Assembly: GCF_037042905.1 (NCBI RefSeq)
Contig: NC_087258.1
Location: 19,654,001-19,718,000 of the forward strand
Reading direction: 5' to 3'
Source of the DNA: Lytechinus pictus
Taxonomy: Eukaryota
DNA length: 64,000 nt
Below are positions 27,652 to 38,860 of this stretch, in pieces. Numbering within the stretch: position 1 is the first letter of the stretch; each line of letters begins with the position of its first letter. The notes under the pieces were generated by a model, which saw only the letters and a list, made by a program, of their open reading frames with translations, was not told where the DNA came from and did no database searches. A program made the position numbers and the translations under genes.

Positions 27652-28910
27652 AGGCAAAACTTGTGTGTGTTGTAAGTTACATCCATATCTACCGACGATT
27701 ATGCTGTGCTAGCTGTGTTATTCTAGTTCGATCGTTACCAGCTATAGAGTTAGGTATATCGAGTGATAACTTGCGAAAAGATGGCTGTTGCAGTTGGAAG
27801 AGGAATGACGAGGAGTGAATTGAAGAATCTGACAGAAGACGAATGGTGTAAACTTTATGGGGATTATAGGCATAACTTGTGTGTGTTGTAAGTTACATCC
27901 ATATCTACCGACGATTATGCTGTGCTAGCTGTGTTATTCTAGTTCGATCGTTACCAGCTATAGAGTTAGGTATATCGAGTGATAACTTGCGAAAAGATGG
28001 CTGTTGCAGTTGGAGAGGAATGACGAGTGAATTGAAGAATCTGACAGAAGACGAATGGTGTAAACTTTATGGGGATTATAGGCATAACTTGTGTGTGTTG
28101 TAAGTTACATCCATATCTACCGACGATTATGCTGTGCTAGCTGTGTTATTCCAGTTCGAACGTTACCAGCTATAGAGTTAGGTATATCGAGTGATAACTT
28201 GTGAAAAGATGGCTGTTGAAGAGGAATGACGAGTGAATTGAAGAATCTGACAGAAGACGAATGGTGTAAACTTTATGGGGATTATAGGCATAACTTGTGT
28301 GTGTTGTAAGTTACATCCATATCTACCAACGATTATGCTGTGCTAGCTGTGTTATTCTAGTTCGATCGTTACCAGCTAAGTTAGGTATATCTAGTGATAA
28401 CTTGTGAAAAGATGGCTGTTGCAGTTGGAAGAGGAATGGCGAGGAGTGAATTGAAGAATCTGAAAGAAGACGAATGGTTTAAACTTTATGGGGATTATAG
28501 GCATAACTTGTGTGTGTTGTAAGTTACATCCATATCTACCGACGATTATGCTGTGCTAGCTGTGTTGTTCTAGTTCGAACGTTACCAGCTATAGAGTTAG
28601 GTATATCGAGTGGTAACTTGCGAAAAGATGGCTGTTGCAGTTGGAAGAGGAATGGCGAGTGAATTGAAGAATCTGACAGAAGACGAATGGTGTAAACTTT
28701 ATGGGGATTATAGGCATAACTTGTGTGTGTTGTAAGTTACATCCATATCTACCGACGATTATGCTGTGCTAGCTGTGTTATTCTAGTTCGATCGTTACCA
28801 GCTATAGAGTTAGGTATATCGAGTGGTAACTTGCGAAAAGATGGCTGTTGCAGTTGGAAGAGGAATGACGAGGAGTGAATTGAAGAATCTGACAGAAGAC
28901 GAATGGTGTA
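27652..28910 (+). repeat. Tandem array of six ~206-216-bp units, each containing the upstream region and first ~23 codons of the His-Me endonuclease ORF
   Basis: Unit marker AACTTGTGTGTGTTG at 27658, 27874, 28086, 28292, 28505 and 28718; the last unit runs directly into the ORF. Confidence 0.93.
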
Positions 28911-29258
28911 GACATTATGGGGAGAAGATTAGAGAGAAGCACAGTGGGTCTGAGGGGGACCAAATATCTCAGTGTTGGATTTTCCATTGGAGGAGCAAGA
29001 AAGGCTCAAAATACAAGTGTATGGATAGGCAAGACTGTGCGCGCAGCAAACAGGGTGGCCTATATGATCAGTATTGCCGGGTCTTGGTCCTTGCCATCTG
29101 AGCTTGAAGTGTCCCATTTGTGCTGTGAGCCTGCTTGTGTTAGACCAGCACATTTGGTACTTGAAAGCCATGAAGAAAACAAGTCTCGACGAAATTGCAA
29201 TTCTTTGCAAAGATGTCTTGGGCACGGAACCAGACCATTATGTATCTTTAAAGTTTAA
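28841..29258 (+). pseudogene. His-Cys-box / His-Me finger homing-endonuclease-like gene (I-PpoI type), one frameshift
   Basis: SHLCCEPACVRPAHLVLESHEENKSRRNC...CLGH...PLCI matches the zinc-binding loop motif SHLCHNxxCxNPxHLxxExxxxN; one extra G at 28954-28958 relative to copy 2. Confidence 0.85.
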
Positions 29259-30139
29259 CTTAGATCCATTAACTTAGTAAAAAAAGTTAGTATTGCTCCT
29301 TCCTTAGACTAGGTTCCCCCAGCCCAATAAGGTAGGCTTATGGTAGGCTGCAACTTTAGGCATAACTCTGTTTTATGTTACAATTATCTAGTACAACTTC
29401 ATGTGTTTATAGGCCTGATCTAAATCTAGACCGAATTGACCGTGGGCTAGATACCTAGAAGTTATAGGCCAAATAAGAGTTAGATTAGGTCAAGATCCAG
29501 ATCTATCCAGTCTCCATGGTCTAAAGTTAGGTCCATAAGAAGGTAGACTAGACCAGGTCTAACTTAGCAAAACAATTGCCTGTAAAAAAGTCAGGGAGAG
29601 CCTAATCACTATCACTCTCACTTATAGTGTTCAACAGGGTTCTATCATAGTTATGATCTATTGTCTTGTTCCAACTGTCCTTTCATATAGCATTCTTTCG
29701 AGTTTATGTCCATTCGCTTCCTCTCGTATAGTCTGAACCTATACAGGCGATGAAGAGCTCTTGCACGCTTGACATGAATCCTCTTTGATCTGTCCCTCCA
29801 ATAATCCCGTCTTTTCTGCATCTCTTTCAGTCTCTTCACGACTCTGGGACTTGTGAGACAGTCGAACCTTTGCTGCAGCAGTCTAGGATAGGATGGATGC
29901 CCCTGCTCCGTTATTGGTTAAGATAATAGCAGAATGGTCTCTACCTTCTTATGCATCGTCTGAAACCATCTGCTGTAACCAAATCAAGGCTTCTTAGCAC
30001 AACTCAGAAATACGAGTCGATGAATAGTGCATTTAGCACCACTTATCCAAAACATACTAAAACCTTTACCAGGAACTATGAAGGTAGAGACCATGCATAA
30101 GAACAGTCTGTATTCATTGTCGATCAACAAAGGTATTAT

Positions 30140-30635
30140 ATAATGGTACATGGGCACATTCTTTTCGTACAAAGAACTGTTACAAAGCTATTAATCGCTT
30201 TCAACATGTTGTTGATCCTACGGTACCAGAAAACGATGATGATCCATTGGCTAAAGTCCGGTATTTGATCGATCACATTAATTCAACGTGTGAACAGGTT
30301 TACCAGCCATTCCAAAACTTGGCGATTGATGAATGAATGGTATGTGCCAAGGGACGTTTTCGATTCCGCATGTTTATTCGGGACAAGCCAACCAAGTTTG
30401 GTTTTAAGTTGTGAATTTTAGCACAATCTAAAAACGGTTATACTTAATACAAGTTCGATGTCTATGCAGGTAGAAGAGTCATAGGGAAGTTGCAACACGG
30501 GTTTGCCTTTTAAGTTTTTACAAAATTTGTGTAGGGCTAGAGTGTCAAGGATATCATTTGTACTTCGATAATTTTTACACCACAGTGGGTCTTCTTCAAG
30601 AACTAAAGCATGAGGGATATTGGCATGTGGTACAG
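30140..30635 (+). pseudogene. piggyBac (PGBD4-like) transposase catalytic-core fragment
   Basis: DPLAKVRYLIDHINSTCEQVYQPFQNLAIDE*M...DKPTKFGFK...GYHLYFDNFYTTVGLL...ACGT with several stops and frameshifts. Confidence 0.9.
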
Positions 30636-30752
30636 CCCTTGCAACCATTATGCACAATGGATGCGATGCTTCTATTCACTCCCTGCCACAGAGATGTCTC
30701 AAGGAATATTGTGAATACCTTCTTCTTGAAGGAGTGGGTAACTTGTGAAAAG

Positions 30753-31124
30753 ATGGCTGTTGCAGTTGGAAGAGGAATGACGAGGAGTGAATTAAAGAAT
30801 CTGACAGAAGACGAATGGTGTAGACATTATGGGGAGAAGATTAGAGAGAAGCACAGTGGGTCTGAGGGGACCAAATATCTCAGTGTTGGATTTTCCATTG
30901 GAGGCGCAAGAAAGGCTCAAAATACAAGTGTATGGATAGGCAAGACTGTGCGCGCAGCAAACAGGGGGGCCTATATGACCAGTATTGCCGGGTCTTGGTC
31001 CTTGCCATCTGAGCTTGAAGTGTACAATTTGTGCTGTGAGCCTGCTTGTGTTAGACCAGCACATTTGGTACTTGAAAGCCATGAAGAAAACATGTCTCGA
31101 AGGAATTGCAATTCTTTGCAAAGA
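30753..31124 (+). pseudogene. Second His-Me endonuclease copy, 3'-truncated, catalytic His lost
   Basis: Near-identical to 28841-29214; SHLC changed to YNLC; flanked by a ~120-bp direct repeat (30621-30740, 31125-31243). Confidence 0.85.
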
Positions 31125-31539
31125 TGGCATGTGGTACAGCCCTTGCAACCTTTATGCACAATGGATGCGATGCTTCTATTCACTCCATGCCACAGATTGT
31201 CTCAAGGAATATTGTGAATACCTTCTTCTTGAAGGAGTGGGTAAAAAAATATTATGGGAATTGTTATGTACTATTGAAGAATCTATAAATAGAAGTGCCA
31301 GCTGTAATGTACAGTAATCTACATGCCATCCAATGACAATAGATGGATACCTGAATGGAATACCATTGACTATAAGAAGAATGTCTCTACTCAGAACTTC
31401 CAAGCAACTTCACCACTTAGCAGCCAAGCAGAGAACACCTACCTAAAGTCTCAGGTTAAGCATTCATGTTCATGTGTACTTAAGATATAATAGGAATAAC
31501 CAGAGATTATTCCTGTTATTCATTTGAACCGGAGATAAT

Positions 31540-31850
31540 GGAGGCAATATGAAGAGCAACATTTGCCCTTTCTTTGTCCAACACGTGGAGAATCAGAAGA
31601 AGATGCATGAAAGACATAGAAAAGAGGTGCTGTGAGATATTTTGCCTTATATTACAGACATCACAAGGCATTTTTACTGTTCACTCCAAATTACTGGTCA
31701 ACATGGAGAAGATATTCCTGCCTTCTCCCAATCAATGTCAACAGGAATCAATGGATACGGCTGGCAGCAGAAAAAAGGGAAGGGAGAGGTATTGATCCTT
31801 GATTCCATGTCCAACAAGGTAACAAGGGACTTCTATTTTGAAAAGTTCAG
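31540..31850 (+). pseudogene. Ulp1/SENP-like (peptidase C48) fragment
   Basis: LLPINVNRNQWIRLAAEK, then a frameshift to GEVLILDSM, resembling the P-x-N-xx-N-H-W...DS motif with His replaced by Gln; splice donor CAG/GTAATG at 31850. Confidence 0.55.
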
Positions 31851-32889
31851 GTAATGTTTCCGCCTTTAATAACTGTCTTTATTTTTCATATTTAATTTCT
31901 GTGCTTCGAATACTATCCTATTAATCTCTTGATTCCACGTATATAAAATGACAATGAATGATACACTACCAAATTTTGATCTCCTTTAAGGTGAAGTTCA
32001 GAGATTTTGTTCTCGAAAAGTAAACTTTCTGAGGATTAACCAACGTGAGAAATTCATGATGCAGCGTATATTAGGCTGGGGGTGATGACGCCCCTGAGCA
32101 TATAAAGTGAAGTACATGTAGATGGAGCATTCCAGCCTGCAACTTTTGAAGAAAATGAAGATGCAGCATCCCACTCTGACAGTCAGGAATAGGAAAATTC
32201 AGCAAAACAAGTAAGGAGTTAAACGCACTGGAGCACGGAATGCAAAAAGAAAACATAAATATTCCCTGAAATTCATATTGGGAGAAGCCAGCAAAAAGCT
32301 TCCAGGTTATTAAAGAAGTGGACAAATTTTTGAAAAAGAATCCCACTTTTCCAATCAGAGACTGGATGGTCATAAGGAGATGCATATTTTAACAGGAAAA
32401 TCACTGAGAGTAGGAGTATGGCTTGCAGCTTCATCTGTCTTTGAAAGCACGACATTCAACTTAATCACAGCAAAGACATGTGGATTCATGATTACCAAGC
32501 ATCAGATTGCCGAACTGAATAAAGAAGGCCAGATTCAGGAACGTCAAATGCAGTTGCAAAGACAGAAAATGCTTTCTCAAGAATAATGGCAGTCGATCTG
32601 AAGATCTTTTAAAGATTGAGCTGTCGCCATTTCCTCAAAGAAACAACTTCAGTAGACAAAACAATTGCAAAGTTTGCAGTGGCTTTAAATTCTGCCTCTT
32701 CTTGATTTATTCAATAAGAAAAAAAATCTTTATACAGGTGTTCTGTTTATCACCTTGAGCTTATTAAAAGGAATACAATAAAGAAATAAGTCCCTTCACA
32801 GGTGTTCATCTATTTTCTTGTACTTATTTCAACATTTAGTTACAGGTCGGCATTCTGTCTGAAATTATTTGATTTCCTTATTTAGGTTT

Positions 32890-33501
32890 TACTTCCCTTT
32901 TCAGTTTTTGCCAAGGAACGTGGGGCCATGGCAACTCCACCAAGGAATAGCCAACCTATTCTTTACTTTGGAACCGTTTTTTGACAAAGACATGATGAAC
33001 CACATAATGAGGGAGACAAACCGATATGCGGAGGCCTTGTTGGCAGATGAGTCAGTCATCGATTGGATCGAAAACCACCCACACTCCAGATTCAAGAAGT
33101 GGCCCGAAAATGGGGTAACTGCGGCACTTATCAGGAAATATCTTGGCTTGAGTCTGAATACGGGGCTAGTACGGAAGAAGAGCTTGGCACACTATTGGTC
33201 AACGCAGCCTAGTCAACCCACACCATTTTTCAATTCTGTTATGCCATTATTGCTATATGTTCTCATCAACAGAATGATTCATGTAAATGACAATGCTACC
33301 GAAGGGCAGAGAGGCGAAGAGGGGTTTGACCCATGGCATAAGGTGAGACCAGTACAGGACAGACTCAACGATACCCTCAAGAGGCATTATGTCCCCACAC
33401 AAAACATCAGCATCGCCCAGTCGATGATCGGAATGAAAAAACGTATTGTGTACATTCAGTACTTACCAAACAAGCTTCATGTCAAGTTTGGTATAAAATA
33501 G
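32890..33501 (+). pseudogene. piggyBac (PGBD4-like) transposase N-terminal-to-core fragment
   Basis: FFDKDMMNHIMRETNRYA...LGLSLNTGLVRKKSLAHYWS...TPFFNSVM...FDPWHKVRP...ISIAQSMIGMK...QYLPNK..KFGIK; the first catalytic DE has decayed to AQ. Confidence 0.9.
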
Positions 33502-34089
33502 TTCACGTTGTGTTGTGTGGGCAGGTATGCTACTGGCATGGTATTAGTCATCACTGGGGGAACCTTCTTTAATATGTCTCCTCACCTAAATCTTTTAACT
33601 TCTGAATGAAAAAGAATTTCTTTCATATAAATATTGTACAAATACGTTGTTGATATCATTTGTCCATCAGTTCCTATTCCTAAGGGTGGTGCATGTGGCA
33701 TATTTCTCAATATATTAAGCAAAATATATGAACTTCTAAAGGAAGCTTACACCCACAGCAAGCACTTATCTCTTGATCCCAAATACTGTCCATTGTGTTG
33801 ATTGCATCCCTTATTCCCTAAACAGCTTTAGGAAGCTGAGTCCCATAAGAACCTGCCTATTTATAATTAACTTTTCAAGGGTCACAGAAATGTACATACT
33901 ACATGTAGTATCATTCACTGTGCCGATTTCTTTTCTTTCTGTTTTTTTTTTTAAATCTTCATATACATCACATCTACCAGCAAAGAACAAGTGCCAGCAA
34001 TTAAAAGAAGGGACAGCTAGTCACAGGTTGACCCTTAAGAGGCAGATGACAGCGCCAAAATGCATGCCCTTCTCTTCCAGTGCCAAGGA

Positions 34090-35065
34090 TCGGCCTGGGA
34101 CTTTTGGGTATTTTTGTTTTCGGGTACCCGTGGCAATTTTCGGGCGGGTACCCGAAATTCATGTCGCATGAAATAAGACTGGTGGAAAAATCCCATAGGT
34201 GACGTCATCCAGCCACTGCGCCGCAAGCAAACTTATGAATGAAAATATAGTAAGCATGCGCAGTGCAAGCCTCCCGTGCCCCACGCAGTATTCCATCAAA
34301 ACAAGTCTGCAATACTCTGTCACCTCGTACCAAAATCGACCTAGAATTCCACTTTCTTATATTTCATATTAATTATGAAAGGTATTCTCAGAGAATCTGT
34401 TTTCTTACCGATATCACACAGGTAAGCAAATTTTGATTACTTCTTGCTTTTCCGTCAAAATCTTACGAAGTAGCGTCGATATTACATCATGTTCGTGAGT
34501 TTGTAGAATCTATCACTACATGCACAAAGTCAATTGATTTCCGGGTAGTTTCGGAGCGCCGAATGCGCCAGCCAATCACGATCGGGTTACCATAAGTTAT
34601 ATCGCTAATCAGAACCGCAATGCATCACGGGATCGAAAGGGGGGCCGTTAGCTAGCTCTGCAAGTGCGCAGAGCTAGCTAACGGCCCCCTTTTCGATCCC
34701 ATGATGCATTGCGATTCTGATTAGCGATAAACCTTATTTTGGGTTATGATGAACTGAAAATGGTAACACGAACGTGGTTGGCTGGCGCTTCGTATGCTCA
34801 AGCTGCAATTAAGCAACATGGCGACGATCGAACAATCTCAGTCACATCATCACTTGAAAAACTTGTATATTTATGGATATTTCGAGGTTAATTGGTGAGA
34901 TTCAAAATGAGACTTGTGTACTTTTGTGATGAGTTATAATCATGTCTTACACTACGCACTACGCAAATACGTAGCAATTTTCGGGTATCGGGTATTGATT
35001 TTTCTACCCGGGTACCCGATGAATCCGGGCGGGAACCGGATACCCGGGTTTTAGTCCCAGCCCTA
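34090..35065. mobile_element. Non-autonomous hAT element with internal long palindrome
   Basis: 8-bp TSD GCCAAGGA at 34082-34089 and 35066-35073; TIR TCGGCCTGGGACT / AGTCCCAGCCCTA; CGGGTA subterminal repeats; hairpin at 34600-34730. Confidence 0.85.
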
Positions 35066-35216
35066 GCCAAGGAGATTGAGCACACTAGAAGTTCCAAAGC
35101 ATCTATTCTGTCACCTCTGTGCCTGTCTTTGTAGGCAATGCTACAATAATTATTTACAGGGGTCAACACTCTACAAGCATTCGCTTCTTAGATCTTTATG
35201 TTAATGATAACGCTTT

Positions 35217-35850
35217 ATGGGTCATCAGGGTCTCTCCGTCCGCCGCCGCACCCACATCTCTCAACGCCTCCCAGATGATGTTGACCAGAAGGTGACAAAT
35301 TTTCAGAGATTCGTAATCAAGATGCATCGTCAGCATGACTACCCTCTTTCTAGGATCGGCAATGCTGACCAAACTCCTCTGACGTTTGACATCCCACGCC
35401 ACATCACCGTGGCTGCCAAGGGGTCGAAGTCTGTCAACATCACAACAACGGGAGATGAAAAGGATCGATTTACCGTGATGCTTTCCTGCACCGCGGATGG
35501 AAGAAAGTTACAGCCATACGTAATTTTCAAAAGGAAGACTCTGCCAAAAGACAAGTTCCCCACTGGCATCTTGAAAGATGAAAGATTTGTTGAAGATTGG
35601 GTCAAGTGTGTTTGGGGAAGCCGTGCAACGAGTCTCACCAAGCGACGCAGTCTTGTAGTTCTAGACGCGTTCCTGTGCCACAAGACGGAGGGAGTGAAGA
35701 CGACGATGCGGCGATCATACCTGGAGGTATGACCTCGATTCTCCAACCTCTAGATGTTCGTGGAGGGAGTCCACAATTTCACCAAGACGGGCCGGCAGTG
35801 GAAGGCAGATCTTCCAACTATCTGCACCTGGATCCTGGACGCAAATTTCG
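35217..35850 (+). pseudogene. pogo/Tigger-family (DDE_1) transposase fragment with internal deletions
   Basis: GLSVRRRTHISQRLP...IGNADQTPLTFD...TTGDEKDRFTVMLSCTADGRKL.PYVIFK...LVVLDAF..H...IIPGGMTSILQPLDV. Confidence 0.9.
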
Positions 35851-36892
35851 ACAGTAATTAATTACTGCTTATTTAGAGTTGAAAAGCTAGGGGAAAAAAA
35901 TGTGGCGCAAGTAAGGAACGTGCCGATTTGAATGGGTGATTTTCCCGGTAATGTTCAGGTCTTTTTTTTTTTTAAGTCCAAAAGTCGGGATGGGATGTGC
36001 CTTATAAACGCGTGCGCCATATACACAAACTTTATGGTATTTCAATATATTGTATCTGGTTTGAATCATAAATATTCAAACATCAATGTAATTCCTCTTG
36101 AATTTATCATAAAGCAATATACCCTACATAAATTAAATCATGTATGCTCATTGGTTTAAATAGCATCATGTGACCAGACCTATTCTCACTATTCTGTGAT
36201 GTTGAAAATGAAACGCCCACTGAAGAAAAATTGCTGTGACGTCAATGAGGGAATAGTGCACTATTCCATAATTGACGTCACAGATCGTGACGGCGCAGGT
36301 GTAGCATGTTTTTATGCCCAGGCAGTGAAAACGCCCGGAAATGCTAAGACGGAAAAAAAATGTCGTTCAGGCATTTCCGTCCGCCCGGACGTAAAAAACG
36401 TTTTTGCCCGCTGAAAATGTCTGTTTCCGGAAATTATGTCCGCATATATTTTTTTCAGCGACTGGAGTACAGGCTACGATTTTTTTTTGGCAACTGGAGT
36501 ACAGGCTACGATTTTTATGGGCGACTGGATCGGAAGCTATGATTATTTAGGGTGTCTGAATCACAGGCTATCTGGTAATGGTGTCCGTGGAGTGCTTGCG
36601 AGAAAGTAAGTCAATCATATGTTGTTTGAAGGTTTGCATGGTGGCATGTACAATCGCTGATGTGGTTTACGCTACACCATGTGGAGTATTATAGAAAACC
36701 GTGGATAGAAGAAAAAAGAAAAAGAAATGGATAGGAAAGAAAGTGGAAATTTGAGAGTTATCTTACTTGAATGTAGTCCTGAAAAGGACTGTAAACCAGA
36801 AGAGATTGATGAGTTGAAACAGCTTGAGTAGTAGGATGGATGAGGAGATGCTGGCTTGAGTCGGCGAGTAGAGATGATGAGCAGAAGCAGCC

Positions 36893-38272
36893 ATGGGATC
36901 ACCTCTCTCACCAATCATCGTTCACATCTTTATGGAACAATTCGAGCACCAAGCACTCAAGACTGCCAACAAACCTCCCTCACTCTGGCTCCGCTACGTC
37001 GACGACACCTTTGTCATCTGGCCGCACAGCACACCTGACCTTCACCAGTTTCTTAACCACCTCAACCACCAGCACCCCAGCATCAAGTTCACCATGGAGA
37101 CCCAATGTGACAACTCAATTCCTTTTCTAGACGTTCTCATCACCAAGACACCCTCTGGATTCCCGTCTCACCAAGTGTACCGGAAACCCACCCACACCGA
37201 CCGCTACCTCAACTTCCACTCGCACCACCACCAATCAGTCTCCGACACTCTCATCAGACGAGCTCACCAACTTAGCGACAAGGCACACCTTCAGCAGGAA
37301 CTCAAGCACGTCACCCATGCACTCACCACGATCAACCAATACCCCAGAAGAAGGATCAACACTCAACCTTCCCGTCATCAACCCAGCACCAATAGCACCG
37401 CAAACCCATCCAAAACCAAGCCTATCGCCACCATAGTACTTCCCTACATCGGCAAGACTTCACACCGACTACAACGTATCCTCCACTCTGCCAACATCCT
37501 CGTCAGACACCAATCCTCTCGCAAGCTACACTCCATCCTTCACTCTCACAAGGACAAGCACCCACCCAACAAGCAACCAGGCGTCTACAAGATCCCCTGC
37601 GACTGCGGCAAAGTCTACATCGGGGAAACCAGGCGAGACTTCGACACCAGACTCAAGGAATACAAGACCCACCACCGACGCAGCGACTGGGACAGATCTG
37701 CCATCGTCAAGCACGCACAACAAGAAAATCACCGCATAGACTGGGACAAGAGCCACCTCATGACCAACATCCGTCACTGGAATACCAGAAGGGTTCGGGA
37801 AGCCATCGAGATACACCAACACAACACTGTACCTCAAGACCCTGGCCTCCACATCAACAGCATCTGGCACCCAATCCTACGTCACCACCCAGCTTCCAAC
37901 CAATCCACAACCAACTCCACAAGCAACCCGCCGCCCACCGTCACTCTACCAAGCAAACCTACCCAGCACAACAGTCAAAGTGCACCACCTACCCAACCAG
38001 CGACTTCGCCGACGCACACACCACCGCCACCTACACCTCGCTGTAACCTCCGCCGACCAACATGCAGAGCGCCACCACTGATCAATCTACTATGCCGCCG
38101 ACAAACACACGCCGCCGCAACTCACCCTGCCGACACCACGTCCGCATACCACCGCCCACTTGTTCCCGCCAAAACCGCTGACTCACGCACAGAGCGCCAC
38201 CTACGTGCTTTCCCCCACGTCCGCACCTACTCCAAAAGTACCGCCGCACGCCGAGCGAACACTCACTCCTGA
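36893..38272 (+). CDS. Penelope-like RT (C-terminal half) plus GIY-YIG endonuclease, 5'-truncated
   Basis: MGSPLSP...WLRYVDDTF...IKFTME...PFLDV...VYRKPTHTDRYL (RT and thumb); GVYKIPCDCGKVYIGET.R...RLKE (GIY-YIG). Confidence 0.92.
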   Translation: MGSPLSPIIVHIFMEQFEHQALKTANKPPSLWLRYVDDTFVIWPHSTPDLHQFLNHLNHQHPSIKFTMETQCDNSIPFLDVLITKTPSGFPSHQVYRKPTHTDRYLNFHSHHHQSVSDTLIRRAHQLSDKAHLQQELKHVTHALTTINQYPRRRINTQPSRHQPSTNSTANPSKTKPIATIVLPYIGKTSHRLQRILHSANILVRHQSSRKLHSILHSHKDKHPPNKQPGVYKIPCDCGKVYIGETRRDFDTRLKEYKTHHRRSDWDRSAIVKHAQQENHRIDWDKSHLMTNIRHWNTRRVREAIEIHQHNTVPQDPGLHINSIWHPILRHHPASNQSTTNSTSNPPPTVTLPSKPTQHNSQSAPPTQPATSPTHTPPPPTPRCNLRRPTCRAPPLINLLCRRQTHAAATHPADTTSAYHRPLVPAKTADSRTERHLRAFPHVRTYSKSTAARRANTHS

Positions 38273-38305
38273 AGACGGACAGTCAACCTGCCCGAAACGT
38301 TGAGT
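38265..38305 (+). ncRNA. Minimal type-I hammerhead ribozyme in the Penelope pLTR
   Basis: ACTC-CTGAAGA-C-GGACAG-TCAAC-CTGCCC-GAAAC-GTT-GAGT: CUGANGA/GAAA core, stem I ACTC/GAGT, stem II with one mismatch, palindromic ACGT stem III. Confidence 0.75.
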
Positions 38306-38860
38306 CTCTCTACTGCTTCTGCTCATCAACTCTACTCGCCGACTCAAGCCAGCAACTCCTCATCCATCCTACTACTCAAGCTGTTTCAACTCATCAATCT
38401 CTTCTGATTTACAATCCTTTTCCGGACTACATTCAAGAAAGATTACTCTACTCTCAAATTTCCACTTTTTTGCATATCCATTTCTTTTTCTTCTTCTTCC
38501 ATCCACTGTTTTCTATAATACTCCACATGGTGTACGGTAAACCATTAAAGTCAATCATATTTTTTTCCAGATATTTGCTACTATATTTGTAAATTACAAT
38601 CCACTGTTTCTCGTAGGAGTTTTCTCCATCATGATATTCTAGTTGATTTAGTTTTTATTCTAGATTGATATGCAAGTACCTCGTGTTACTTGTTGCGTGT
38701 GAATGACTAGTTTGCCTTGGGTCCCACTTATGTGGTTGGCTATAGTATAGTATAGAATCGTTGAATCGCACATGCTCTGAGTCTCTGATTGATCACAAAC
38801 AGTCCACCAGCACCACATGTTTTCAAGTCATGGGCTTGCTAACGTTAGATCTTCTGCATC

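Larger units (their letters stand above)
36621..38547 (+). mobile_element. 5'-truncated Penelope-like retroelement with inverted pLTR
   Basis: 36664-36890 is the reverse complement of 38313-38544; probable TSD AAGTCAATCATAT at about 36608-36620 and 38548-38560. Confidence 0.88.

Noticed and set aside
27652-28910. CRISPR-like array next to a nuclease
   Set aside because: The units are full-length near-identical copies with no unique spacers, they include the gene's own 5' end, and the context is eukaryotic.
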